The translations under genes and the position numbers were made by a program. 64,000 nucleotides of DNA, from positions 3,977,423 through 4,041,422 of the forward strand of contig OZ244195.1 in the NCBI GenBank assembly GCA_965216685.1, given 5' to 3'. Positions within the stretch are counted from its first letter, which is position 1. Each line of letters begins with the position of its first letter. Positions 39,035-47,682 of the stretch are shown here, in pieces. The DNA is from Acidimicrobiales bacterium (GTDB taxonomy: Bacteria > Actinomycetota > Acidimicrobiia > Acidimicrobiales > SZUA-35). A model generated the notes under the pieces. The model had not been told where the DNA came from. It searched no databases and worked only from the letters and a program-made list of their open reading frames with translations.

Positions 39035-41614
39035 ATGACGAACCTGTCGCCCAACACCGTCGCTGCCTGCCCGGAGCCTGATTGCGGTGGCGCCATAGCC
39101 GCCGACGGCTACTGCGACACCTGCGGTGTCAAGTATCAGGGCGGCCCGGCCCCGGCGGCCGCCCCCCGGGTGTCAGCCCCGGCCTCGCCCCCTCCACCCC
39201 CGGGATCATCGGCGGCCGCCATTCCTGCCGGGTCGGTGTGTGGCCGCGACGGCTGTGTCGGCACCATCGCCGCCGACGGCTACTGCGACACCTGCGGCTT
39301 GGCCGCCGACGCCGGAGTAGGGGCCGCGGCCGCCGTCGTGGCGGCCGGTGGTGAGCCGGCGGCTTCGTCCGAGTCGGCCGAAGCAATCGTCGGCGCCGTC
39401 GTGCCTTCGATCGCGGTCCCCCGTCCACCCGACGTCTCCACCTCGGTGACGTCGGCTGAAAGCGGTTCGGCTCGCACCCGCCGGACCTCGGCTTCGCGCC
39501 GCACCGCCTCCCGCCGCACCGGTATCGGTGCCGGGCTGGTGACCGTCACGCCGACCGACGTCGGCGATCCGGCCAAGGCCGTGATGTCCGAGGCCGAGGT
39601 GGCGTCGGTTCTGGGTGAGGTACCGGAGGACGAACGGTTCTGCTCCAGCTGCGGCAAGGCGGTGGGCCGGTCGACCGGGGACCAGGCCGGTCGGGTCAAG
39701 GGATTCTGTGGCCACTGCCGCACCCCGTTCGACTTCATCACCAACGCCCCCGGATTGGCCGCCGGTGAAGTGATCGCCGGCCAGTATGAGATTCTGGGGC
39801 CACTGGCCCACGGTGGGATGGGCTGGATCTATCTCGGACGGGACCGGGCGGTGTCGAACCGCTGGGTCGTGTTGAAAGGGCTCCTCAACGAAGACGATCC
39901 CGACGCCATCGCCGCCGCGGTGGCCGAGCGCCGGTTCCTGGCCCAGATCGAGCACGCCAACATCGTCAACATCTACAACTTCGTCACTCACCGGGGTGCC
40001 GGCTACATCGTCATGGAGATGGTCGGAGGCGAATCGCTCAACGCCAAGCTCAAAGCCCGCCGGGCAGCCAACGGGGGAGTGGCCGACCCTCTGCCGGTCA
40101 CCGACGCCATTGCCTACATCCTCGGCATCCTGCCCGCCCTGGCCTACCTCCATGGGCTGGGGCTCGTCTACAACGATCTGAAGCCGGCCAACATCATGGC
40201 CGTGGGCGACGACGTCAAGCTGATCGATGTCGGAGCGGTCATGCGGATGGACGACCGGCAGGCCGCCATCTTCGGAACCGAGGGATTTCAGGCTCCTGAG
40301 ATGGCCGAAACCGGACCATCGGTGGCCTCCGACCTCTACACCGTCGGCCGGACCCTGGCCGTGCTCGTCATCCGTTTCGTGTTCCACACCGGGCGTTATC
40401 AGTACAGCCTGCCCACCCAGGCCACCGAACCGCTGTTCACCCAGTGGGAGTCGCTCTACCGCTTTCTTCTCAAGGCCACCGCCGCCCACCCCGACGACCG
40501 ATTCCAGTCGGCGGTCGAGATGCAGGAGCAGCTGACCGGCGTGCTGCGGGAGATCGTGGCCGTCACCTCCCGCACCCCGAGGGCGGCGCTGTCGACCGAG
40601 TTCGAACCCGACCGGCTGTCCCACCTCCTGCTCAGCACCGCCGAGAACTTCGACGCCACTCGGGTCGACTGGCGGGTACTGCCCCCGGCCCGGATCGACG
40701 AATCTGATCCCGCCGCCCCCTTCCTGCTCGATCTGCTGGAGGACAATCCGGCCGGTAACCTGGCCACGATCCTGGCCGCGGCCGGGTCCCAACAGATTGA
40801 GCTCAGCCGCGGTTTGTTGCTCCGCTACGCCTGGGAGCTGATCCAGGTTGGTGGCCGGGACGGCGCGGTGACGGCTACCCAGGCCGAGCAGATGCGTCAA
40901 CTCGGCGCTTCACCGGACAAGGTGCTCTATCGGTTGGAGATGGAGGATCCTTGGGACTGGCGAGTGTGGTGGTACCGGGCGGTTCATCAGCTGCAGGCTC
41001 AGGGGGCGGCGTTGGCGGCCGAAGGCTTCAGCCGAGTCTGGACCGAGCTCCCGGGTGAGACGGCGCCAAAACTGGGGGTGGCGCTTGCCGCCGAACAAGC
41101 CGGCCAGCTCGACCGGGCCCGGCAGGTGTTTGATCTGGTGTCCCGTTCCGATTCGAGTTACGTGTCGGCCGCCTTCGGCCTGGCCCGGTGCAACATCGCC
41201 CAGGCCAGCGTGCCGGAGGCGGTGGAGGCGTTCGACCGGGTGCCGTCTTCGTCGGCCGCCCACTACGACGCCCAGGTGGCGGCGGCCCGCACGCTGGCCT
41301 CGGGATCGGATCAGCAGCTGCCGTCGGTCTCCGATCTGTCCGAGGCGTCGTCGATCATCGACCGTCTGGAACTCGATGCCAACGAACGGGCGTCGATCTC
41401 GGCCGACATCTTCGAGAAGGCCCTTGACGGTCTGCTCAGTGGGCGGATCCAGCCTTCCGACGCCAAACTTCTGGGCCGAGACCTCAGCGAGCGCGATCTG
41501 CGCACGGGCCTGGAGGAGACCTACCGGTTCATGGCCAGGATGGCTCCTGACGCCGGTTCACGGGCCGCGCTCATCGATCGGGCCAACAACGTACGGCCCT
41601 GGAGCCTGATCTGA
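39035..41614 (+). CDS. pknG: PknG-like soluble Ser/Thr kinase (Zn-ribbons, rubredoxin, kinase, TPR)
   Basis: RFCSSCG...FCGHC rubredoxin; AGQYE..G.LAHGGMGWIYL, WVVLKGL, YNDLKPANIM, IDVG, GTEGFQAPE; TPR DWRVWWY; end DRANNVRPWSLI. Confidence 0.88.
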   Translation: MTNLSPNTVAACPEPDCGGAIAADGYCDTCGVKYQGGPAPAAAPRVSAPASPPPPPGSSAAAIPAGSVCGRDGCVGTIAADGYCDTCGLAADAGVGAAAAVVAAGGEPAASSESAEAIVGAVVPSIAVPRPPDVSTSVTSAESGSARTRRTSASRRTASRRTGIGAGLVTVTPTDVGDPAKAVMSEAEVASVLGEVPEDERFCSSCGKAVGRSTGDQAGRVKGFCGHCRTPFDFITNAPGLAAGEVIAGQYEILGPLAHGGMGWIYLGRDRAVSNRWVVLKGLLNEDDPDAIAAAVAERRFLAQIEHANIVNIYNFVTHRGAGYIVMEMVGGESLNAKLKARRAANGGVADPLPVTDAIAYILGILPALAYLHGLGLVYNDLKPANIMAVGDDVKLIDVGAVMRMDDRQAAIFGTEGFQAPEMAETGPSVASDLYTVGRTLAVLVIRFVFHTGRYQYSLPTQATEPLFTQWESLYRFLLKATAAHPDDRFQSAVEMQEQLTGVLREIVAVTSRTPRAALSTEFEPDRLSHLLLSTAENFDATRVDWRVLPPARIDESDPAAPFLLDLLEDNPAGNLATILAAAGSQQIELSRGLLLRYAWELIQVGGRDGAVTATQAEQMRQLGASPDKVLYRLEMEDPWDWRVWWYRAVHQLQAQGAALAAEGFSRVWTELPGETAPKLGVALAAEQAGQLDRARQVFDLVSRSDSSYVSAAFGLARCNIAQASVPEAVEAFDRVPSSSAAHYDAQVAAARTLASGSDQQLPSVSDLSEASSIIDRLELDANERASISADIFEKALDGLLSGRIQPSDAKLLGRDLSERDLRTGLEETYRFMARMAPDAGSRAALIDRANNVRPWSLI
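39098..39297 (+). repeat. Exact 29-bp direct repeat (39098-39126, 39269-39297) encoding duplicated AADGYCDTCG Zn-ribbon
   Basis: GCCGCCGACGGCTACTGCGACACCTGCGG read twice. Confidence 0.9.
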
Positions 41615-41616
41615 CT

Positions 41617-42729
41617 GTGATCGCCGACGAAGCACAAACCTGCCCGAGCTGTGGTCAGCAGAGTCCGGCGGTGGCCAAGTGGTGTGAGGAATGCGGCCAT
41701 GATCTGGCCGCCGAACCCAAACCGGAGTGCGTTACCTGCGGCGAAGCGGCGGTGGAGGACGACGGCTACTGCCACTCGTGCGGCCACCGCCAACCGGGTC
41801 CCCGCGATCATGTCGAGGTCGTCGATGGATCAGTGGCTGCGGTGTCGGATCGGGGTCAGCGCCATCACCACAACGAGGACGCGGTGGCTGTCGCCGTGGC
41901 CGGTGACGGCGCTGTCGTCCTGGTCGTCTGCGACGGGGTGTCATCTACTCCGGGTTCGGCCGAGATCTCGCAGGTGGCGGCCTCGGTCACCGCCGACACC
42001 CTGCTGGAGTGGCTGGACAAGCCCGAACGTCCGCCGTCCGGTGTCGCCGCCGACGACGAAGCGCTCCTGGCCGCCCTCGACACCGCCCGGTCCGAGGTCG
42101 ACAGAGCCAGCCAACAGACCCAAGTCGACGACCTGAATCCACCGTCTTCGACCCTGGTGACTGCGGTGGCCCGAATGATCGCCGGCGACGGTGACAGCGA
42201 CAACGGGGAGCGGTCGGTGGCGGTTTCGGTCATGTGGCTGGGCGACAGCCGGGTGTACTGGCTGGACGGCGACCGGGCCCGCCTGTTGACGGTTGATCAC
42301 GAGATCGACGGGGCGTTGACCCGCTGGCTCGGTGCTGACGCCGCCGACCATCGCCCCGAGATCATTCATGAGACATTCACCGCCGATGACGATGCCGACC
42401 TCATCGTCTGCAGTGATGGTATGTGGCGCTACTTCCACCCTGAGCTCGGCCAACCGGCCCCCGACCTCGTGCGGCGGTTGAAGGCCGACGGCCTGGCCGG
42501 CCTGGCCCTCGTCCGGGCCATGGTTGACTTCGCCAACGAGTGTGGCGGCCACGACAACATTTCCGTGGCCCACTGGGCACCGGGGTCACCGGATTCGACC
42601 GATGGCAGTACCGTTGATGCCGAGAAGCCGGATCCGCCCGACGAGGGCGCTGACCAAGTGGCGGACCAGACCACCGATCCAGCAAGCGAACAGGCGGAGG
42701 ATGATCCGCCGGAGGAACCGACGATATGA
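41617..42729 (+). CDS. PP2C/PPM Ser/Thr phosphatase with N-terminal double Zn-ribbon
   Basis: Four CxxC; SDRG..HHHNEDA, VCDGV, GDSR, CSDG, GGHDNIS. Confidence 0.9.
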   Translation: MIADEAQTCPSCGQQSPAVAKWCEECGHDLAAEPKPECVTCGEAAVEDDGYCHSCGHRQPGPRDHVEVVDGSVAAVSDRGQRHHHNEDAVAVAVAGDGAVVLVVCDGVSSTPGSAEISQVAASVTADTLLEWLDKPERPPSGVAADDEALLAALDTARSEVDRASQQTQVDDLNPPSSTLVTAVARMIAGDGDSDNGERSVAVSVMWLGDSRVYWLDGDRARLLTVDHEIDGALTRWLGADAADHRPEIIHETFTADDDADLIVCSDGMWRYFHPELGQPAPDLVRRLKADGLAGLALVRAMVDFANECGGHDNISVAHWAPGSPDSTDGSTVDAEKPDPPDEGADQVADQTTDPASEQAEDDPPEEPTI

Positions 42730-44009
42730 CCGATTTTTCCGCTCAGGTGTTCCAGAACGAATTCCTGCCCGCCGGGGCCGACACCGTTGACGCCGTTGTC
42801 ACCGTCACCGCCTCCGCCGGGGCCTCGGTCGGCACGACCCGAGGCGATGCGGTCGAGATCATCGTGATCGACACCTCGGGATCGATGCAGGAGGAGGGCG
42901 GGCGCAAGATCCGGGCCGCCGTCGAGGCCACCCAGGCGGCCATCGACACCATCGACGACGGCTGCCACTTCGCCATCGTGGGCGGTACCGCCGGAGCCTA
43001 CATGATCTATCCCAACGACGGGCTGGCGGTGGCCGACGACGCCAGCCGTCAACAAGCCAAAGACTCGGTGGCCAAGGTCAGGGCCCGGGGTGGCACCGCC
43101 ATTGGCAGCTGGCTGCGGGCCGCCGCCTACCTGGCGGCCCAACGACCGGGGGCCATCGCCCACGCTCTGCTGCTCACCGACGGCAAGAACCAGAACGAGA
43201 AACCGGCCGAACTCGATGCCCGCATCAGCGAGTGCATCGGTCGTTTCCAATGTGACGCCCGGGGTCTCGGCGTTGACTGGGACATCAGCGAACTACGGAA
43301 GGTGGCCTCCGCCCTTCTGGGCACGGTGGACATCATTCCCCGTCCCGAGGACATGCACGACGAGTTCACCAGGTTGACCGAGGCCGCTATGGGCAAGCAG
43401 GTCGGCAGTGTGGCCCTGCGGCTGTGGAACCCCAAGGGCTCGGTCTGCGAGTTCGTCAAACAGGTGGCCCCGACCCTCGAAGACCTGACTCCGCTGGGTC
43501 AGGCCGTCAACCCCCTGACCACCGACTACCCGCTGGGAGCCTGGGCCGGCGATGAGGATCGCGACTACCACATCCGGGTGCGGATTCCGGTCGGAGGCGT
43601 CGGCGACGAGCGGCTGGCCGCCCGCATCATGCTGGTGATTGACGACAGCGAGCAGCCGGCAGCCCTCGTCAGGGCCATCTGGACCGACGACGAACGGCTG
43701 TCGACCCGCATCAACCGGGAGGTGGCCCACTACACGGGTCAGGCCGAGCTGGCCGACGCCATCGCCGAAGGCCTGGCCGCCCGGGAATCGGGCGATGGTC
43801 AGACGGCCACAGTGAAGTTGGGGCGAGCCGTTCAACTGGCCCACGAGAGTGGTAACGACGCCACGGTCCGGCTGCTGCAGAAGGTCGTCGAGGTCGACGA
43901 CGCGGCCAGCGGCACCGTCCGGCTTCGCCGTGACGTTGAAAAGAGCGACGAGATGGCGCTCGACGTACGATCAACCCGTACCGTTCGCGTCAACCGGAAG
44001 GCGGACTAG
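42726..44009 (+). CDS. von Willebrand factor A domain protein
   Basis: MIDAS DTSGS, GGTAIG, LLTDG; C-terminal STRTVRV. Confidence 0.92.
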   Translation: MTDFSAQVFQNEFLPAGADTVDAVVTVTASAGASVGTTRGDAVEIIVIDTSGSMQEEGGRKIRAAVEATQAAIDTIDDGCHFAIVGGTAGAYMIYPNDGLAVADDASRQQAKDSVAKVRARGGTAIGSWLRAAAYLAAQRPGAIAHALLLTDGKNQNEKPAELDARISECIGRFQCDARGLGVDWDISELRKVASALLGTVDIIPRPEDMHDEFTRLTEAAMGKQVGSVALRLWNPKGSVCEFVKQVAPTLEDLTPLGQAVNPLTTDYPLGAWAGDEDRDYHIRVRIPVGGVGDERLAARIMLVIDDSEQPAALVRAIWTDDERLSTRINREVAHYTGQAELADAIAEGLAARESGDGQTATVKLGRAVQLAHESGNDATVRLLQKVVEVDDAASGTVRLRRDVEKSDEMALDVRSTRTVRVNRKAD

Positions 44010-44015
44010 ACAGCA

Positions 44016-44654
44016 ATGGCCACGACATGTGACAACTGCGGCGAAACTCATGGACCCGACGACCTGTTCTGTGAGAGCTGCGGCTACGACTTCGTGACCG
44101 GATCGGTCCCCGAATCGTCTGATCTGCCGCCGCTCGTCGTCCCTGACCCTGAGCCCGCCGACCAGCCCGACAACGCCGACCAGTCCGACAGCGATGCCGA
44201 CTCGGTGCCCGAACCATCACCGGTACCGTCGCTGGTCGACGGCGGAGCCGATGGCATACCCCTGGTGTTGGTGGCCGTCTCGACCGACGCCGACTATTTC
44301 GCCGCCATGGTGACCGAAGGCGAGGTTCCCCTGCCCGATCCGCTGCCTCCGGATCAGGAACTCGAACTGTTCGGCACCGAGCTCCACATCGGACGCACCA
44401 GCGACAGCCGGGCCGTTCATCCCAACATCGACATCGAGGCCCTGACCGGTGACCCGGCGGTGTCGACCAGGCATGCCGTCCTCCGGGTTTCCGACAACGG
44501 CACCATGACCATCACCGATGTGGGCTCGACCAACGGTACCTTCATCGACAGCTTCGACACCGACCCGATCACCCAGGGGATCCCGGTCGAGCTGAGCGAC
44601 GACAGCGTTGTATATCTCGGCGCCTGGACCAAGTTGGCCGTCAAGCCCGGATAG
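44016..44654 (+). CDS. FHA domain protein with N-terminal Zn-ribbon
   Basis: CDNC...CESCG; FHA motifs IGR, VSTRHA, DVGSTNGT. Confidence 0.9.
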   Translation: MATTCDNCGETHGPDDLFCESCGYDFVTGSVPESSDLPPLVVPDPEPADQPDNADQSDSDADSVPEPSPVPSLVDGGADGIPLVLVAVSTDADYFAAMVTEGEVPLPDPLPPDQELELFGTELHIGRTSDSRAVHPNIDIEALTGDPAVSTRHAVLRVSDNGTMTITDVGSTNGTFIDSFDTDPITQGIPVELSDDSVVYLGAWTKLAVKPG

Positions 44655-45640
44655 TGATGTTTCTTCCCTTTGCTGACACCGAATCGGGGAACTTCGTCGC
44701 CCTGGGCGACATCGGGACCACGCCCTGGATCCTGCTGGGGGTGTTGGTCCTGGTGCTGCTGGCCATCGACCTGTATCGCCATCGCCACGCCCACGAGCCG
44801 ACGTTCCGCGAGGCTCTGTTCGAATCTCTCTTCTGGGTGGCCTGCGGTCTGGGGTTCTCCCTCTATGTTCTCCTCAGCTTCGGCAACCTGGCCTTCGGCG
44901 AATACCTGAGTGGCTACCTGATCGAGAAGGCGCTCAGCGTCGACAACGTGTTCGTCTGGTCGATGCTGTTCACCTCGATGGCCATCCCGCTGAAGTACCA
45001 GCACCGGGTTCTGTTCTACGGGATCTTCGGGGCGCTGGTCATGCGGGCCATCTTCATCTTTCTCGGGGCCGAATTGCTAGAACGGTTCGAGATTCTGTTG
45101 CTGGTTTTCGGGGTGTTCCTGATCTACACCGGTCTGGGTGTCATCAGGCACCGCGACGACGAGGGCGACACCAGTTCCCGCCGGGGCATGTCGATACTGG
45201 AACGTTTCATTCCGGTCAGTGATGAGTTCGACGGCCAGAAGTTCTTCACCATCAAGAACGGGCATCGGGTGGCCACGCCCCTGCTGGCGGCGTTGGTGGT
45301 GGTCGAGGTAACCGACGTGATCTTCGCCGTCGACTCGGTCCCGGCCATCCTGGCCGTCTCCCAGGATCGATTCCTGGTGTTCTCCTCCAATGCCTTCGCC
45401 ATCCTCGGGCTCAGGGCCATGTACTTCCTGCTGGCCGGAGCCAAAGAGCGGTTCCACTACCTCAACCACGGTCTGGGAGCGATTCTGGTGTTCGTCGGCG
45501 GCAAGATGATCGGGGCCTGGCGGGGCTTCCACCTCGACGTCTGGATTTCGCTCGGTATCATCGCGTTGCTGCTGATCGCCGCCATCTTGTTCTCCGAACG
45601 TAAGAACCGTCAGATCGAGCGGGAACGTCTCTCGGTCTAG
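44654..45640 (+). CDS. TerC/Alx family metal homeostasis membrane protein
   Basis: GYLIEKALSVDNVFV, QHRVLFYGIFGALVMR, EVTDVIFAVDSVPA, SNAFAILGLR. Confidence 0.93.
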   Translation: MMFLPFADTESGNFVALGDIGTTPWILLGVLVLVLLAIDLYRHRHAHEPTFREALFESLFWVACGLGFSLYVLLSFGNLAFGEYLSGYLIEKALSVDNVFVWSMLFTSMAIPLKYQHRVLFYGIFGALVMRAIFIFLGAELLERFEILLLVFGVFLIYTGLGVIRHRDDEGDTSSRRGMSILERFIPVSDEFDGQKFFTIKNGHRVATPLLAALVVVEVTDVIFAVDSVPAILAVSQDRFLVFSSNAFAILGLRAMYFLLAGAKERFHYLNHGLGAILVFVGGKMIGAWRGFHLDVWISLGIIALLLIAAILFSERKNRQIERERLSV

Positions 45641-45784
45641 AAGAACCCGGAAGGTGAGGCGATCAGCGGGGTTCGGCGAGGGTCGTCGGACCGCTGCCAC
45701 CCGATAGCTATGCCGGGGAGGGTCTCGGCCGATGGATCAATCGTGGATGTCACCGACCGGTTGCCGGAGTCGAAATCGAGTGCC

Positions 45785-47239
45785 ATGACCGAGGTCGCGG
45801 CGGCCACAGCCGGTGTTGGGCCCGAACATCGTTGGCTCACCGTGGCCTGGCCTCTGGCCGTGGTCTTCCACCTATTGGCCAACAGTGCCTACCTGGTCGC
45901 CCTGTTCACCGGGGTGCCCACGGTGGTTGGTGTGCTGCAACTGATGATGGCGGCCCTGGCTGTGCTGGTACTGATGCAGCCTCGCTCGGCTTATGTGGCC
46001 GCTCTTGGCCTGCTGTTCGTCGTCGTGGCCGTGCTCAAGGCTCCGTTCATCGGCAACCACGAGGTGATTCTGGCCCTCTGCGCCCTAACCGTGCTATTGG
46101 CCGTGCTCGGTTCCGGTGGGCGCTGGCCCGGCACTGCACTGCCGGTGTTGCGGTGGGTGCTCATCATCGCCTACGCCAGCATTGCCCTGTCGAAACTGAA
46201 CGCCAGCTTCTTCGATCCTGCGGTCAGCTGTGCCGTGGTCTTCGGCGACGAATTCAGCCGCTGGCTGGGCTTTCGAGTATCGGACGTCCGTTCCCTCTCG
46301 GTGGCCGCCATCTGGACCACGGCGGTAGTCGAGTTGGCCATTCCGGTTCTGCTGGTTGTTCGCCGTTGGCGGGTCGCCGGGTTGGTGCTGGCCATGATGT
46401 TCCACTACGTGTTGGCTCTGGAGCCGGTCGGGCACGTCTTCGATTTCACGGCCACCCTGTTCCCGCTCTTCCTGGCCTTCGCCCCCGCCGAGGTGCAAAC
46501 CCTGGTGTCGGATCGGATCGATGGACTCGCCGGGGGACGGGGTCGGGCGGGGTTGGCCCTGGGGGTCGGAGCAGTGTTGCTGGCCCATGGCGTCGTCATG
46601 GTCGCCGGCTGGCCGATCTGGGTGGTGGCCTATCCCGCCTGGCTGCTGGTGGGGACGTCGGTGCTGTGGTGGGTGCTTACCGCTGTTGTCGGTCGAGGCC
46701 GGAACGGGGCCGGATGGCGGGGTGAAGGGGTCCAAGCCCGCGGTCCGATACCGATGCTGGTTCCGATCGTGGCCATCCTGGTGGCCAACGCCGTGGCCCC
46801 CTATCTTCAGATCCGTACTGCCGCCGCCTTCAACATGTACTCCAACCTGGAGACGGTCTATGTTGACGGCGATCACTACCTGTTCTCCGCTGTGGGCGGG
46901 GTTCGATCGAGCGAGATGTTGTTGATCGTCGATACTCCTGACGACCATCCGCTGGCCTACTACCGTGATGGCGGTCGAGCGGTTGCCGCTGACAATCTTC
47001 GTCGCTATCAGCGCAACCGCCTGGTCGATTCCTCCGACCCGGAGGCGTTGGCGGCCGATGATGAGGTCAGGTTGCGTTGGTTGGTCAGCGACGCCGTTGA
47101 TCCCCCCGATCGGCTTTCCGACCTCGACCCCGGCCCCGGGGGATGGGGTGAGTTGCTGGCCCACAAGTTCGGGTTCGTCCGGGCCGTTGATGTCTCCCAA
47201 CCGGCCCGGTGCCTGCGATCCTGGGGACCCGTCGGTTGA
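45785..47239 (+). CDS. Multi-TM protein, HTTM / vitamin K-dependent carboxylase-like
   Basis: FIGNH, Y....SKLNASFFDPAVSC, E..IP..L, FH, FNMYSNL; start may be 45710. Confidence 0.6.
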   Translation: MTEVAAATAGVGPEHRWLTVAWPLAVVFHLLANSAYLVALFTGVPTVVGVLQLMMAALAVLVLMQPRSAYVAALGLLFVVVAVLKAPFIGNHEVILALCALTVLLAVLGSGGRWPGTALPVLRWVLIIAYASIALSKLNASFFDPAVSCAVVFGDEFSRWLGFRVSDVRSLSVAAIWTTAVVELAIPVLLVVRRWRVAGLVLAMMFHYVLALEPVGHVFDFTATLFPLFLAFAPAEVQTLVSDRIDGLAGGRGRAGLALGVGAVLLAHGVVMVAGWPIWVVAYPAWLLVGTSVLWWVLTAVVGRGRNGAGWRGEGVQARGPIPMLVPIVAILVANAVAPYLQIRTAAAFNMYSNLETVYVDGDHYLFSAVGGVRSSEMLLIVDTPDDHPLAYYRDGGRAVAADNLRRYQRNRLVDSSDPEALAADDEVRLRWLVSDAVDPPDRLSDLDPGPGGWGELLAHKFGFVRAVDVSQPARCLRSWGPVG

Positions 47240-47363
47240 TGAGGCGATCCGACGATGGCCCGCTGGGGCCAATGGCCCATCTGCGGCTTTCATGATGAGC
47301 ATTGTCCCTACCCCTCTGGGGAGAAGCTCCTATGCAGCCGGTGACCAAATGCGACGATTGAAT

Positions 47364-47390
47364 TAAGGTCAGCCCATTTGGGACCGATTA
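47364..47390 (+). promoter_or_regulatory. Sigma28 (FliA/WhiG)-like promoter for the Flp pilin
   Basis: TAAG-N15-ACCGATTA versus consensus TAAA-N15-GCCGATAA; followed by GGAGAA RBS and ATG 47418. Confidence 0.55.
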
Positions 47391-47417
47391 CAAAGATGAG
47401 AATTGGAGAACCTTCCT

Positions 47418-47600
47418 ATGCTTGTCCATCAGTACCTGGCGGCGTTGTCGTCGCCCTCCGCGGAGTCAGACCGCGGCGCGTCGGTCGTGGAGTATTCGCT
47501 GCTCCTGGCCTTGATCGCCGTGGTCTGTATCAGCGCGGTGACCTTCCTGGGTGGGGAGACGGCCGACAGCTACAGTCAGCTCGGCAATTCGCTCAACTAG
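47418..47600 (+). CDS. flp: Flp family type IVb pilin
   Basis: DRG|ASVVEY (G-1, E+5, Y+6) followed by a hydrophobic helix; 60 aa. Confidence 0.9.
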   Translation: MLVHQYLAALSSPSAESDRGASVVEYSLLLALIAVVCISAVTFLGGETADSYSQLGNSLN

Positions 47601-47642
47601 GAATACCGAATCCACGGTTGGTCCACCGGGCCGATCGGTACC

Positions 47643-47671
47643 GAAAGCAGGGGCACCCCGCTCCTGCTTTC
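47643..47671. terminator. Hairpin terminator after flp, probably bidirectional
   Basis: GAAAGCAGG...CCTGCTTTC stem followed by GTCTTGTT, at a convergent junction. Confidence 0.75.
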
Positions 47672-47682
47672 GTCTTGTTGGG

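Noticed and set aside
39206-40900. Long antisense ORFs (also 7740-9185, 10345-11931, 46094-47302, 55163-56452, 57847-59043)
   Set aside because: Expected stop-poor reverse frames of high-GC genes; no motifs
39035-45640. Anti-phage TerY-P type defence island
   Set aside because: The kinase is PknG-type with GlnX linkage, and there are no mobility or other defence genes or compositional shift; a stress or defence role is not excluded but is unsupported
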